64,000 nt of DNA, taken from NCBI GenBank assembly GCA_034422595.1, contig DAOUJO010000001.1, positions 491,039 to 555,038 on the forward strand, written 5' to 3'. The notes under the pieces are model-generated. The model was not told the origin of the DNA and did not search any database. It saw only the letters and a list, made by a program, of their open reading frames with translations. Both the position numbers and the translations under genes were made by a program. Shown piece by piece: positions 36,756-45,061 of the stretch; the stretch's first letter is position 1; each line of letters begins with the position of its first letter. The stretch comes from Dehalococcoidia bacterium (GTDB taxonomy: Bacteria > Chloroflexota > Dehalococcoidia > Lucifugimonadales > Australimonadaceae).

Positions 36756-37781
36756 CTACCCCAGCGACACCCGTGAGCCCGTGCGCGACGACTCCACCAT
36801 CGCGAGCGTGATCTCGACGACGCGCAGGCCGTCGAGGCCGGTCGCGAGCGGCTCGCCGTTGCCCTCGACTGCGGCGTCGAACGCCTGCACCTGCCTCGTG
36901 TAGAGCGAGAAGGGGTGCTCCGGGTACGCCTCGTCCTCCGTCAGCGCGTCGGTGCGGACCGCGAACGCTCCGGCCTGGTTCATGTCGATGCTGGAATGGA
37001 GTCCGGCGCGTCCGAGCGTGCCGTAGACCGTGACGTCGTTGCGCTCGTAGTCCGGCGTGCGGCGCCCCGTCAGCACCGTCGCGATGATCCCGCTCCTGAA
37101 GCGCAGCGCCAGCGTCACCAGCTCCTCCAACGGCTTCTCCGGGGTGGCGTCGCTCACGGCGGAGACCTCCACAACGTCGTCGTCGAGCACGTAGCGGAGC
37201 AGGTCGGCGCAGTGCACTCCGGTCGCCATGAATGCGCCCGCGCCGATGAGCGACGGATCGTCCCACCACGCCTGCAGGCCCTCACGCGGCGGCGGCGCCT
37301 CCTGGCCCCGCACGCCCCGGCACCAGTCGGCGTGCGCGAACGACACCCTGCCGAGCACGCCGTCAGCCACGAGCGTCCGCAGGCGCCGGTGCCCCTCGTG
37401 CGCACGCAGGTGGAAGCCGACGCCGAGCCGCACGCCCGCCGTGTCGCACGCGTCGATCATGCGCTGCGCATCGTCCACGGAGAGCGCCATCGGCTTCTCG
37501 ACCAGCACGTACTTGCCCGCCTCAGCCGCGCGGACGGTCTGCTCCGCGTGGAGCGCGTTCGGCGAGGCGATGTACACCACGTCCACGGCGGGGTCGCGCA
37601 GCAGCGCGTCGAGGTCGTCGTAGGCGCTGGCCGAGCCGTGCTTCTGCGCGAACGCCTCGGCGCGCCCCATGTCCCGGCTCATCACGGCGGCGAGCGATGC
37701 CCCCTCCGCCTGGTTGATGGCGGGCGCCATCTTGGTGTCCGGGTGCCTTCCTGTGCTGACGATGCCCCAACCGATGGTCAT
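36756..37781 (-). CDS. Gfo/Idh/MocA family NAD(P)-dependent oxidoreductase
   Basis: ORF 36756..37781: IGWGIVSTGRH..., EKPMALS. Confidence 0.88.
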   Translation of the reverse strand: MTIGWGIVSTGRHPDTKMAPAINQAEGASLAAVMSRDMGRAEAFAQKHGSASAYDDLDALLRDPAVDVVYIASPNALHAEQTVRAAEAGKYVLVEKPMALSVDDAQRMIDACDTAGVRLGVGFHLRAHEGHRRLRTLVADGVLGRVSFAHADWCRGVRGQEAPPPREGLQAWWDDPSLIGAGAFMATGVHCADLLRYVLDDDVVEVSAVSDATPEKPLEELVTLALRFRSGIIATVLTGRRTPDYERNDVTVYGTLGRAGLHSSIDMNQAGAFAVRTDALTEDEAYPEHPFSLYTRQVQAFDAAVEGNGEPLATGLDGLRVVEITLAMVESSRTGSRVSLG

Positions 37782-37838
37782 GCGCTATCCCTCCTCCAAG
37801 TTGCGTGGGAGGCAAGGATAGCAGGGGTGACAGTTGGG

Positions 37839-38108
37839 TCAGACGACGCCCTTGGCGCGGAGGAGGGCTATGTAGTCCTCGCGCCCAAGCGTGCAGGCAA
37901 TGGACCTGCGTAGCTCTTCCTCGCTCAAACGCAACTGCTGCCGGATGCTATGGAACATCGGGAGGTCGCCCGAACTCTTCTTTGAACGTCTCGTCCGGAC
38001 GACGCGCTTGCCGTCGACCTCGAGCCAGGCCAGCAGGTCTCTGCTGTCTCTGGTCTCGAAGCCGAACTTCCTGATGATCAGGTCGAACTCACGGGCGGTG
38101 AGGGGCAT
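37839..38108 (-). CDS. HicA-like (YcfA family) putative toxin
   Basis: ORF 37839..38108. REFDLIIRKFGFETRDS...DGKRVVRTRRS pattern. The usual catalytic His context was not seen. Confidence 0.5.
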   Translation of the reverse strand: MPLTAREFDLIIRKFGFETRDSRDLLAWLEVDGKRVVRTRRSKKSSGDLPMFHSIRQQLRLSEEELRRSIACTLGREDYIALLRAKGVV

Positions 38109-38418
38109 CGGCTCTGCGCAACTTGCGGACGAGCGTCGCGTGGACGGCCTGCAGGTCGGAACCGAGCCGTTCCTTGTCCGCGTCGAGGGTGAAGTAGAGC
38201 TCCGCGATGGCCGCCTGCAGGTCGGCGAGCGCCTCCGGGAGCGTGTCGCCGTAACCGAACTCGTTGATCTCCGGCGCTTCCAGGACGACTTGGCCTGCCT
38301 CGGTCATGCTCTTGACTGCGACAGGCTCAACGACGAACAGCCGGTCATCCTCCAGCCCATCAAGCGTGAACTCGGCTGGGGTCGCCGACGTAGCGGTCTG
38401 TTTGCCTGTCTGTGTCAA
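38089..38418 (-). CDS. HicB-like (UPF0150-type) putative antitoxin
   Basis: C-terminal part of ORF 38089..39015. TTG 38418 preceded by GGGAGG. VLEAPEINEFGYGDTLPEALADLQAAIAELY. 20-nt overlap with the downstream gene. Confidence 0.45.
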   Translation of the reverse strand: MTQTGKQTATSATPAEFTLDGLEDDRLFVVEPVAVKSMTEAGQVVLEAPEINEFGYGDTLPEALADLQAAIAELYFTLDADKERLGSDLQAVHATLVRKLRRADAPHRP

Positions 38419-38504
38419 CGCCCTGCCTCCCACCGGCTGCGGCACCCGGTCTGCACACACGCTACATCCGTGGCGCGGCCGTGGCAATGCGCTCGTGTCG
38501 CAGC

Positions 38505-39428
38505 CTACCCCTCGATGTAGCGATAGGCCGCGAGGGCTGCCGCAACACCGTCGCCGACGGCGTTGGCGAGCTGACGGTCCGAGAACTGCCGCACGTCGCC
38601 TGCCGCGAACACGCCCGGAACGTTCGTCTCCATCTGGAGGTTGGTCAGCACGTGGCCTGCCGCATCGAGCTCCAGCACGCCCTGCATGAACTCGTTCACC
38701 GGGTGGAAGCCGATGAAGATGAACACGCCCTGCGTGGTGTGCTCCGTGACCTCGCCCGTCTTGAGATTGCGCAGCACCGCGCTGTTCACGTCGCCGTTGC
38801 CCCTGATCTCGTCGACCACCGTGTCCCAGACGAACTCCATCTTCGGGTTGTCGAACGCCCGCTGCTGCAGGATCCTGCTCGCGCGCAGCGCGTCCCGGCG
38901 GTGCACGACCGTCACCTTGTTCGTCATGCGCGTCAGGTACAGCCCCTCGTCGATCGCGGCATCGCCGCCGCCCACCACCGTCACGTCCATGCCACGGAAG
39001 AAGTTGCCGTCGCACGTCGCGCAGTAGGAGACGCCCTTCCCCCAGTACTCCACCTCGCCCGGCACGCCGAGCTGGTTGTGCTCACCGCCGGTCGCGATGA
39101 TGACCGCCTTGCCCGTGTACTCGGCGTCCTCGCAGACGACGTGCTTCACGTCGCCCGCCACGTCGAGGCTGACGACGGTGTCGTACTCGAACTCGACGCC
39201 GAAGCGCTCGGCCTGCTTCTCGTACAGCATCGCCAGCTCTGGGCCGTCGATCGGCTCCGGGAAGCCGGGGTAGTTCTCGATCTCGCCGGTGAGCAGGATC
39301 TGCCCGCCCACCGCCTTCTTCTCGATGATGAGCGTCTTGAGCATCGCCCGCACCGAGTAGATGGACGCGGCGAGGCCGGCTGCGCCTCCGCCGATGATGA
39401 TGACGTCGTATTGCGGTTCGTTGGACAT
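38505..39428 (-). CDS. trxB: Thioredoxin-disulfide reductase
   Basis: Within ORF 38505..39440, ATG 39428. DVIIIGGGAAGLAA, CATCDG. Confidence 0.93.
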   Translation of the reverse strand: MSNEPQYDVIIIGGGAAGLAASIYSVRAMLKTLIIEKKAVGGQILLTGEIENYPGFPEPIDGPELAMLYEKQAERFGVEFEYDTVVSLDVAGDVKHVVCEDAEYTGKAVIIATGGEHNQLGVPGEVEYWGKGVSYCATCDGNFFRGMDVTVVGGGDAAIDEGLYLTRMTNKVTVVHRRDALRASRILQQRAFDNPKMEFVWDTVVDEIRGNGDVNSAVLRNLKTGEVTEHTTQGVFIFIGFHPVNEFMQGVLELDAAGHVLTNLQMETNVPGVFAAGDVRQFSDRQLANAVGDGVAAALAAYRYIEG

Positions 39429-39441
39429 ATTCACCCCCATC

Positions 39442-39483
39442 CTAGACGCGGTAGCGGAACCGCCCCTCCAGTTGGTCGCGGTT
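39442..39483. repeat. Left 42-bp direct repeat, an orphan copy of the AAA+ gene 3-prime end
   Basis: ctagacgcggtagcggaaccgcccctccagttggtcgcggtt is 40/42 identical to 43542-43583. It would encode NRDQLEGRFRYRV followed by a stop on the minus strand. Confidence 0.8.
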
Positions 39484-39532
39484 GAAGTTCTCTATTCCCA
39501 TCATACTCCCCACGGTACCCACTCGAAGCCAA

Positions 39533-42385
39533 TCATGAACGAATGAGACCCCTATCCAGTTCCTTGAGCTGATGGTCCGGGGCAGTAAGGCGAGCACGAG
39601 CCCAATCTCGAACGTCTTCCTCGTGCGTGAACAAAATCACTTGGATGTCCTTGTCCTCACTAATCACGAGCAGCGTGTCGAGAATGGCCTTCTTTCGCTG
39701 GGCATCGCAGGCAGCGACCGCATCGTCCAAGATGAGCGGACAAGGCTCCTCACGAGTGAGGTGTTGCGCCAGTGCGAGTCTAAGGAGGAGGTATATCTGC
39801 TCGGCGGTTCCTCTTGAGAGGAGGGCTGCATTTCGCCAGCGTTTGTTAGCACCAGCCAAGTCAACGGCCAACGACTTCGGGTTGACTCGGCAATCGACAT
39901 ATCGTTCGTCCGTTACAAACGGGAGCCATTGGAGGACAGTTTCTCTGAGAATGGGGGCTATGTCGCGGTGAACACGCTCCTGAGCAGATTCAAGGAACTT
40001 AGCGGTGAGTTGGATGGTGCTGCTAAGTTCTGCGAGTCGGCGGTGGTCACGCTCGGCATTCGCAAGCGCGTCTTCGGCATCAGCGACGCTTGATACTGTA
40101 CGCGCGAACTCGGTGAGCTCTCCGGTCGCTTCTGTGTGATTGGACATAGCCTCGTGCAACTCTCCCAGAGCACTCTTTAAGTCACTTTGGGTGGGCTGCT
40201 CGGCACGAGCATACGCAAGCGCCTCACTCGCGACACGAGGTGCGACTGATTGCGCCTCCTGCAGTAGACGTTCGACCTCGTCCTCCACATCCTGAAGCGA
40301 TCGTTCGCCCAACATCTGCTGCAGCACATCCCACTGTTGCATTCGTTCATTTGCTTCAGTAACGCTCTGCGACCGGCGCAGAAGCCATTGGTTGAGCGCT
40401 GCCACAGTGGCGTCAGGTTCATCTGCATCAGCGCCGATTGCTGCAACTGCCGCCCGCAACCTGGCATGTGCTATATCAACCCTGCGGCTGTCTTCCAAGA
40501 AGAGTTTGTCAGCGCTGTTGCGTTCGGCCCGTTGCCGCTCCCAGTCAATGCGTTGCCCACTTGTACGATCCTCCAGTCCTGCCAGTTGTTCCCGTGTGAG
40601 GTTCCTTGTCCGAGCGGCGGCAAGTAGATTTTCGTCGGTTCCCGCAACAAGTCGGGTTGCTACTTCAGCAGACCTCCTGGCCTCGCCTTCAATGACCCCA
40701 AGTGATTGTTGCGCTAACAGTCCCTGGAGTTTGTCCCACAGCAAAGAGAGCCTTCCATACTCACCGAGTCGAGCTTCCCGGACTTGCAGCCAATCGTGCA
40801 ACGTCTTAACTGCTGTGTGATCGTCGGATGCGGTCGCACCGCATTCGGCCGCAGTTTCGTGGAGCCTAGTCAGTACAGTTTCTCTGCGCAGGACGTCATC
40901 CTGGTAGCGACGTTCCTCCTCCATGCGGACATTCAAGCGTTGTTCGATGCTGCGACGGTTCGTTTCAAAGAGGAATTGATCGTGGGCGGGGGGCCGCATA
41001 CCCACGAGGGCGACGACCCCGGCCGCGGCCCCCGCGGCCATAAGCCCTGCACCCAGTATGAGGAGGTCAGGCAGGATGAACGCTATCCCGAGACCTGCCG
41101 CTATGGCGACCCCTGACAGTATGAGTAGAGGCAGTCTGCGGCCACCCGGGGCCGACCGGGCAGCATTAGTCCGCGCGTCAAATGCGGTGAGTTCCTCGCG
41201 TATCTCTGCCGAATTTTGGCCGACAGGTTCCTGGGGCCTTGCAAGCGATTCGAAGTCCTTCAGCACATCGCGGACACGATTGGCCAAGTGTTCTTCGTCA
41301 GGAGAAGTTCGCGGGGGGCCGTCCGGGAACTGACTGCTTAGTTCCCTCGCACTCATGTAGCGTTCCTTCGCAGCCTCTGCCTCCTTCTCAGCAACAGCGG
41401 CGCGCAGTGCGGCCAATTCTCGTTCGGCATTCTCAATATGCCGAGTGAGTGCATCTGCAGTAAGCCCACCGGGTTCGATCGGTTGGGGCCGAGAACTCCA
41501 TGCCTCTAAGGCAGTGGTTACCTGCTCAAACAGCGCATCATGCCCGGGGGAAGGATGTGGCGGACCATCGGGAAACAGGTTGCTCAGCCGGCGAATCTCT
41601 TCAAGGCGCTCCCGCGCATGAGCAGCAGCCGCCTCAGCAATCACAGCACTTATCGCATCCGCTTCGCTCTGGAGCTCCTGTGCTCTTCGTTCCAAGAGGT
41701 CTACTGCCGTGCGCCGCCTGATGTACTCCTCGCGTTGCGCTCTCGCATCATCCAATGCCCTACGAGCCTGCTGTTCCGCAACTTGTGATTGTCGGAGTGG
41801 TTTGGTCGGCGACCGACTCGTGCCAACAACATCTCGCAGATAGCGGTCTAGACGTTGAAGGGCGGCAGCTGCCGTGGAGTCTGCGCCGGCAGTCGCTGCA
41901 GCTCGTTGCATATCGTCCTGAAGCATCGCCGGGTTATCGAGGATGCCTAATATGTCGGCTTGCCGAACGCATGCCGTATTGAGGAACGTACGACGGTTCA
42001 GTCCGAGCCAACGCGATCCGTCAGGTGCGCCCTCAAATAGTATCTCGTTCCTGTAGTCCCGGCCTGCAAGATGCGTGTCCCTCACAGTGCTCGATCTGTT
42101 CACCAAGTCATGCCTGAGTTCCACGCTGCGACCATCGGCGAGGGTGATTACGACGTTGACTTCCCAGGCTGTACCATCCCAAGGCTTGTGGCGTTCCGCG
42201 AACTCGCGTACATCTTTGCTGTTGCCCTGAGCGCGGCGCATCCCGCAGAGTCCCGCGTAAAGAGCGGCGTGCCAGGAGGACTTCCCCGCCTCGTTGGGGC
42301 CATAGATGATGTTCATCCCAGGGGCGAGTTCTAATACATCTCTTAGCGGACCAAATGCAGGAGCATCTATCTTGTCGAAGCGCAT
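39533..42385 (-). CDS. Rad50/SbcC-like AAA ATPase with long coiled coils and two central TM helices (YhaN-like architecture)
   Basis: ORF 39533..42385. Walker A GPNEAGKSS, signature LSRGTAEQ, Walker B PLILDDA, H-loop LFTHEED. Mid-protein LPLLILSGVAIAAGLGIAFILPDLLILGAGLMAAGAAAGVVALVG. Confidence 0.85.
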   Translation of the reverse strand: MRFDKIDAPAFGPLRDVLELAPGMNIIYGPNEAGKSSWHAALYAGLCGMRRAQGNSKDVREFAERHKPWDGTAWEVNVVITLADGRSVELRHDLVNRSSTVRDTHLAGRDYRNEILFEGAPDGSRWLGLNRRTFLNTACVRQADILGILDNPAMLQDDMQRAAATAGADSTAAAALQRLDRYLRDVVGTSRSPTKPLRQSQVAEQQARRALDDARAQREEYIRRRTAVDLLERRAQELQSEADAISAVIAEAAAAHARERLEEIRRLSNLFPDGPPHPSPGHDALFEQVTTALEAWSSRPQPIEPGGLTADALTRHIENAERELAALRAAVAEKEAEAAKERYMSARELSSQFPDGPPRTSPDEEHLANRVRDVLKDFESLARPQEPVGQNSAEIREELTAFDARTNAARSAPGGRRLPLLILSGVAIAAGLGIAFILPDLLILGAGLMAAGAAAGVVALVGMRPPAHDQFLFETNRRSIEQRLNVRMEEERRYQDDVLRRETVLTRLHETAAECGATASDDHTAVKTLHDWLQVREARLGEYGRLSLLWDKLQGLLAQQSLGVIEGEARRSAEVATRLVAGTDENLLAAARTRNLTREQLAGLEDRTSGQRIDWERQRAERNSADKLFLEDSRRVDIAHARLRAAVAAIGADADEPDATVAALNQWLLRRSQSVTEANERMQQWDVLQQMLGERSLQDVEDEVERLLQEAQSVAPRVASEALAYARAEQPTQSDLKSALGELHEAMSNHTEATGELTEFARTVSSVADAEDALANAERDHRRLAELSSTIQLTAKFLESAQERVHRDIAPILRETVLQWLPFVTDERYVDCRVNPKSLAVDLAGANKRWRNAALLSRGTAEQIYLLLRLALAQHLTREEPCPLILDDAVAACDAQRKKAILDTLLVISEDKDIQVILFTHEEDVRDWARARLTAPDHQLKELDRGLIRS

Positions 42386-43503
42386 CAGAGCACGTCCAAG
42401 TCTTCGCGCCCATCAAGGGCGCGAAGGCCAGTAATCAGAAGTCTGCGCTCAACTTCGGGGTCAAGACGCGCACTTAGCACATCTCTCACAAACTGACCGC
42501 GTACGGTAGCCTCTTCGCGGATTACCTCCACCTCATATCCCTGCCGGAGTTCCTCGGTGTGTATCTGTGTCGCATCGAAGAACTGACTCAGCACATCGCG
42601 CAGAGCAACCTCTGGCAAGTCTAGGGCTGGCGCCAGATCGCCTGTAACGGCAAGCCGAGCAATGCCCTTCAGCCCCTGCGCCACCTCGGCAAGCCTTTCG
42701 CGCACGTCCTGCTGGGACGTGCAGCCGGTAACGTCGAGGGTGATGTCATGAACCTGGGTAACTGCCACGGAGCGCCTCTCCCGTGTGACCCTGCCATTCG
42801 ACGCAATCGTAGCCAAGACCGGCCCACGCACGAGGCTAGCAGTCCTATCCTCTCCGAATTGCAGTGGGGCAGGGTTGCCCGGATATGTATGGCGTTCAGC
42901 GTCCTTGGGACGATGGTAGTGACCAAGGAAGGCGTGATCTAGTCCCGCATTTACGATGTCTTCGGTGTCAAAGGCAGCGTGAGGTTCTTTGCCGCTTCCT
43001 TGTTCGGAGAGCCACGAGAGCTCTGCTCCGTGGAAGAGCGCCACATGGACTCCAATACCTTCCGTCCGAAAGCCACTTAGGAAGTTACCGGTGTTGGCAG
43101 GCGCGCAATGGGCAGCCCCCCAGAGCGTGAGCCGATCAGCGAGAGGTAGAGGCTGCAGGCACGACTCTTTGAAAACGTGGACGTTGCTGCTCCACTCGCA
43201 GGTCGAGTAGACGCTGCCAGGCGCGTAGTAGTCATGGTTCCCAGGAGCAATATAGACCCGAACGGGACTAAGGTCGCTGAAGACTGTCTTGAGGAATTCG
43301 GCGGTGTCGGGCGTTACTCGGTCGTGTTCGTAGAGGTCTCCGGCACAGAAAAGGGCCTCTGCGTTAGTCTCACGGACCAATCCTGCTATGGAGAGCAGGG
43401 TCTCGCGAAGAGCCTGTCGCCTTCCGCGAGCAACGTCGCCCGTAGCGCCGCTCCAAGCGAATGCCGAATCAAGATGAAGGTCAGCAAAGTGGACAATCCT
43501 CAT
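42385..43503 (-). CDS. Mre11/SbcD-like calcineurin-type metallophosphoesterase (YhaO-like)
   Basis: ORF 42385..43503: FADLHLD, GDLYEH, GNHD, GHYH. Its stop overlaps the start of the ATPase gene. Confidence 0.85.
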   Translation of the reverse strand: MRIVHFADLHLDSAFAWSGATGDVARGRRQALRETLLSIAGLVRETNAEALFCAGDLYEHDRVTPDTAEFLKTVFSDLSPVRVYIAPGNHDYYAPGSVYSTCEWSSNVHVFKESCLQPLPLADRLTLWGAAHCAPANTGNFLSGFRTEGIGVHVALFHGAELSWLSEQGSGKEPHAAFDTEDIVNAGLDHAFLGHYHRPKDAERHTYPGNPAPLQFGEDRTASLVRGPVLATIASNGRVTRERRSVAVTQVHDITLDVTGCTSQQDVRERLAEVAQGLKGIARLAVTGDLAPALDLPEVALRDVLSQFFDATQIHTEELRQGYEVEVIREEATVRGQFVRDVLSARLDPEVERRLLITGLRALDGREDLDVL

Positions 43504-43541
43504 TGTGAAACCCTATCACCGGAACCAAGCTTGAATAGGGT

Positions 43542-43583
43542 CTAGACGCGGTAGCGGAACCGTCCCTCCAGCTGGTCGCGGTT
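43542..43583. repeat. Right 42-bp direct repeat, the functional 3-prime end of the AAA+ gene
   Basis: ctagacgcggtagcggaaccgtccctccagctggtcgcggtt. Exactly 4100 bp from the left copy. Confidence 0.8.
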
Positions 43584-44981
43584 CAGGCGGCGGTTCAGGT
43601 GCAGCCCCTCCAGCACGAACTCGGCCGCCGACGCCGCCTCCGGCCCGCTGCTGCCCGTGCCGAGTTTGCTCAGCGCGCCCGCGAACCCCTCCAACTGACC
43701 CATCTCCTCCAGGTAGACGCTGGCCGGCAGGTCCGCGCCGGTGTCGAACGTCTGCCCGGCCTCGAACGCCATCACGAGCTCGTCGAGTTCGTGCGGCTCG
43801 AAGTGGCGGTCGAACACGTTGAGCAGGGCGCGCTTGATGAGCTCGTCGACGATCTTGGCCTCGCGCCCCTCCTCCATCGTCTCCAACTCCACCTTGCCGA
43901 GCGTCGAGGCGATGATGAACGCGAAGTCCGTGATGCGCGGGACGGCCTGCCCCTCGCCCTGCGAGATGGCGCGCCGCAGCGCGTTGGCCGCGACCGTTTC
44001 GTAGTTGGCGATGGAGACGCGCACGCTCACGCCGGAGCGCTGGTTGATCTCCGGGTGCCTGCGCGCGAGCCCTGTGAACTCCGCGATGAGCTCCTTGATG
44101 TACTCCGGCACGACGATGGGCTCCTCCGCGCCCGGGAACTCGTTCCGCTCCTCGTCCATGATGGAGATCTCCTGTGCGATCTCCCTGGGGTAGTGCGTGC
44201 GTATCTGCGCGCCGTAGCGGTCCTTCAGCGGCGTGATGATGCGCCCCCGGTTCGTGTAGTCCTCCGGGTTCGCGCTCGCGACCACGAGCACGTCGAGCGA
44301 CAGCCGCACGAGGTAGCCCTTGATCTGGACGTCGCGCTCCTCCATCAGGTTGAAGAGTCCCACCTGGATGCGCTCCGCGAGGTCCGGCAGCTCGTTGATG
44401 CAGAAGATGCCCCGGTTGGTGCGCGGGATGAGCCCGTAGTGGATGGCGAGCTCGTCCGAGAGGTAGCGCCCCTCCGCGATGCGGATCGGGTCGACGTCGC
44501 CCACGAGGTCCGCGATCGAGATGTCGGGCGTCGCGAGCTTCTCGCCGTAGCGCCGGTCGCGCCCGATCCACTCGATGGGCGTGTCGTCGCCCTCCTCCTC
44601 GATGAGCTCGATGGCGTAGCGCGAGATGGGGGCGAGCGGGTCGTCGTTCACCTCGCTGCCCCGCACGATGGGTATCTCGTCGTCGAGCAGCTCCACGAGC
44701 GCGCGGATCATGCGCGACTTCGCCTGTCCGCGCTCGCCGAGCAGGATGATGTCCTGCCCCGCGAGGATGGCGTTCTCCACCTGCGGGATGACCGTGTCCT
44801 CGTAGCCCACGATGCCGGGGAAGACCGGCTCGCCGTTGCGCAGACGGCTCATGAGATTGCGGCGCAGTTCGTCGCGGACGGACGTGACGGCGTAGCCGCT
44901 CTCGCGCAGCGCGCCGAGCGTCGACGGTCGTCCGTTCCTGGAGGGTTTCCTGGTCGCGGGCTTCTTTCGCGTGGTAGCCAT
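43542..44981 (-). CDS. ChlI/MoxR-like AAA+ ATPase (magnesium-chelatase-like)
   Basis: Within ORF 43542..45245, ATG 44981 (MATTRKKPATRK...). Walker A LLGERGQAKS, Walker B IFCINELPDL. Confidence 0.8.
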   Translation of the reverse strand: MATTRKKPATRKPSRNGRPSTLGALRESGYAVTSVRDELRRNLMSRLRNGEPVFPGIVGYEDTVIPQVENAILAGQDIILLGERGQAKSRMIRALVELLDDEIPIVRGSEVNDDPLAPISRYAIELIEEEGDDTPIEWIGRDRRYGEKLATPDISIADLVGDVDPIRIAEGRYLSDELAIHYGLIPRTNRGIFCINELPDLAERIQVGLFNLMEERDVQIKGYLVRLSLDVLVVASANPEDYTNRGRIITPLKDRYGAQIRTHYPREIAQEISIMDEERNEFPGAEEPIVVPEYIKELIAEFTGLARRHPEINQRSGVSVRVSIANYETVAANALRRAISQGEGQAVPRITDFAFIIASTLGKVELETMEEGREAKIVDELIKRALLNVFDRHFEPHELDELVMAFEAGQTFDTGADLPASVYLEEMGQLEGFAGALSKLGTGSSGPEAASAAEFVLEGLHLNRRLNRDQLEGRFRYRV

Positions 44982-45061
44982 GGGCGCTCCTGGGGAGGGA
45001 TCGCGCCGGAGACCGGCGCCTCCTCTCATTCTACACAAGCGAGGGTGGGCGGCGGCGCGGG

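Larger units (their letters stand above)
39484..43541. mobile_element. Candidate integrated genomic islet (two genes, lower GC, no integrase or transposase seen)
   Basis: Bracketed by the 42-bp direct repeats. Hand GC counts are 59/100 (40141-40240) and 58/100 (42001-42100), against 64/100 (38601-38700) and 66/100 (44001-44100) outside. Confidence 0.4.

Noticed and set aside
37782-37838. Imperfect inverted repeat ctatccctcc...ggaggcaaggatag between the Gfo/Idh/MocA start and the hicA-like stop.
   Set aside because: The stem is bulged. One arm is simply the Shine-Dalgarno region of the oxidoreductase gene. That is not enough to call a terminator or a regulatory hairpin.
39484-43541. Integrase, transposase or tRNA gene associated with the islet.
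   Set aside because: None could be recognised in any frame. The islet is completely filled by the two cargo genes, apart from 49 nt and 38 nt at its ends.
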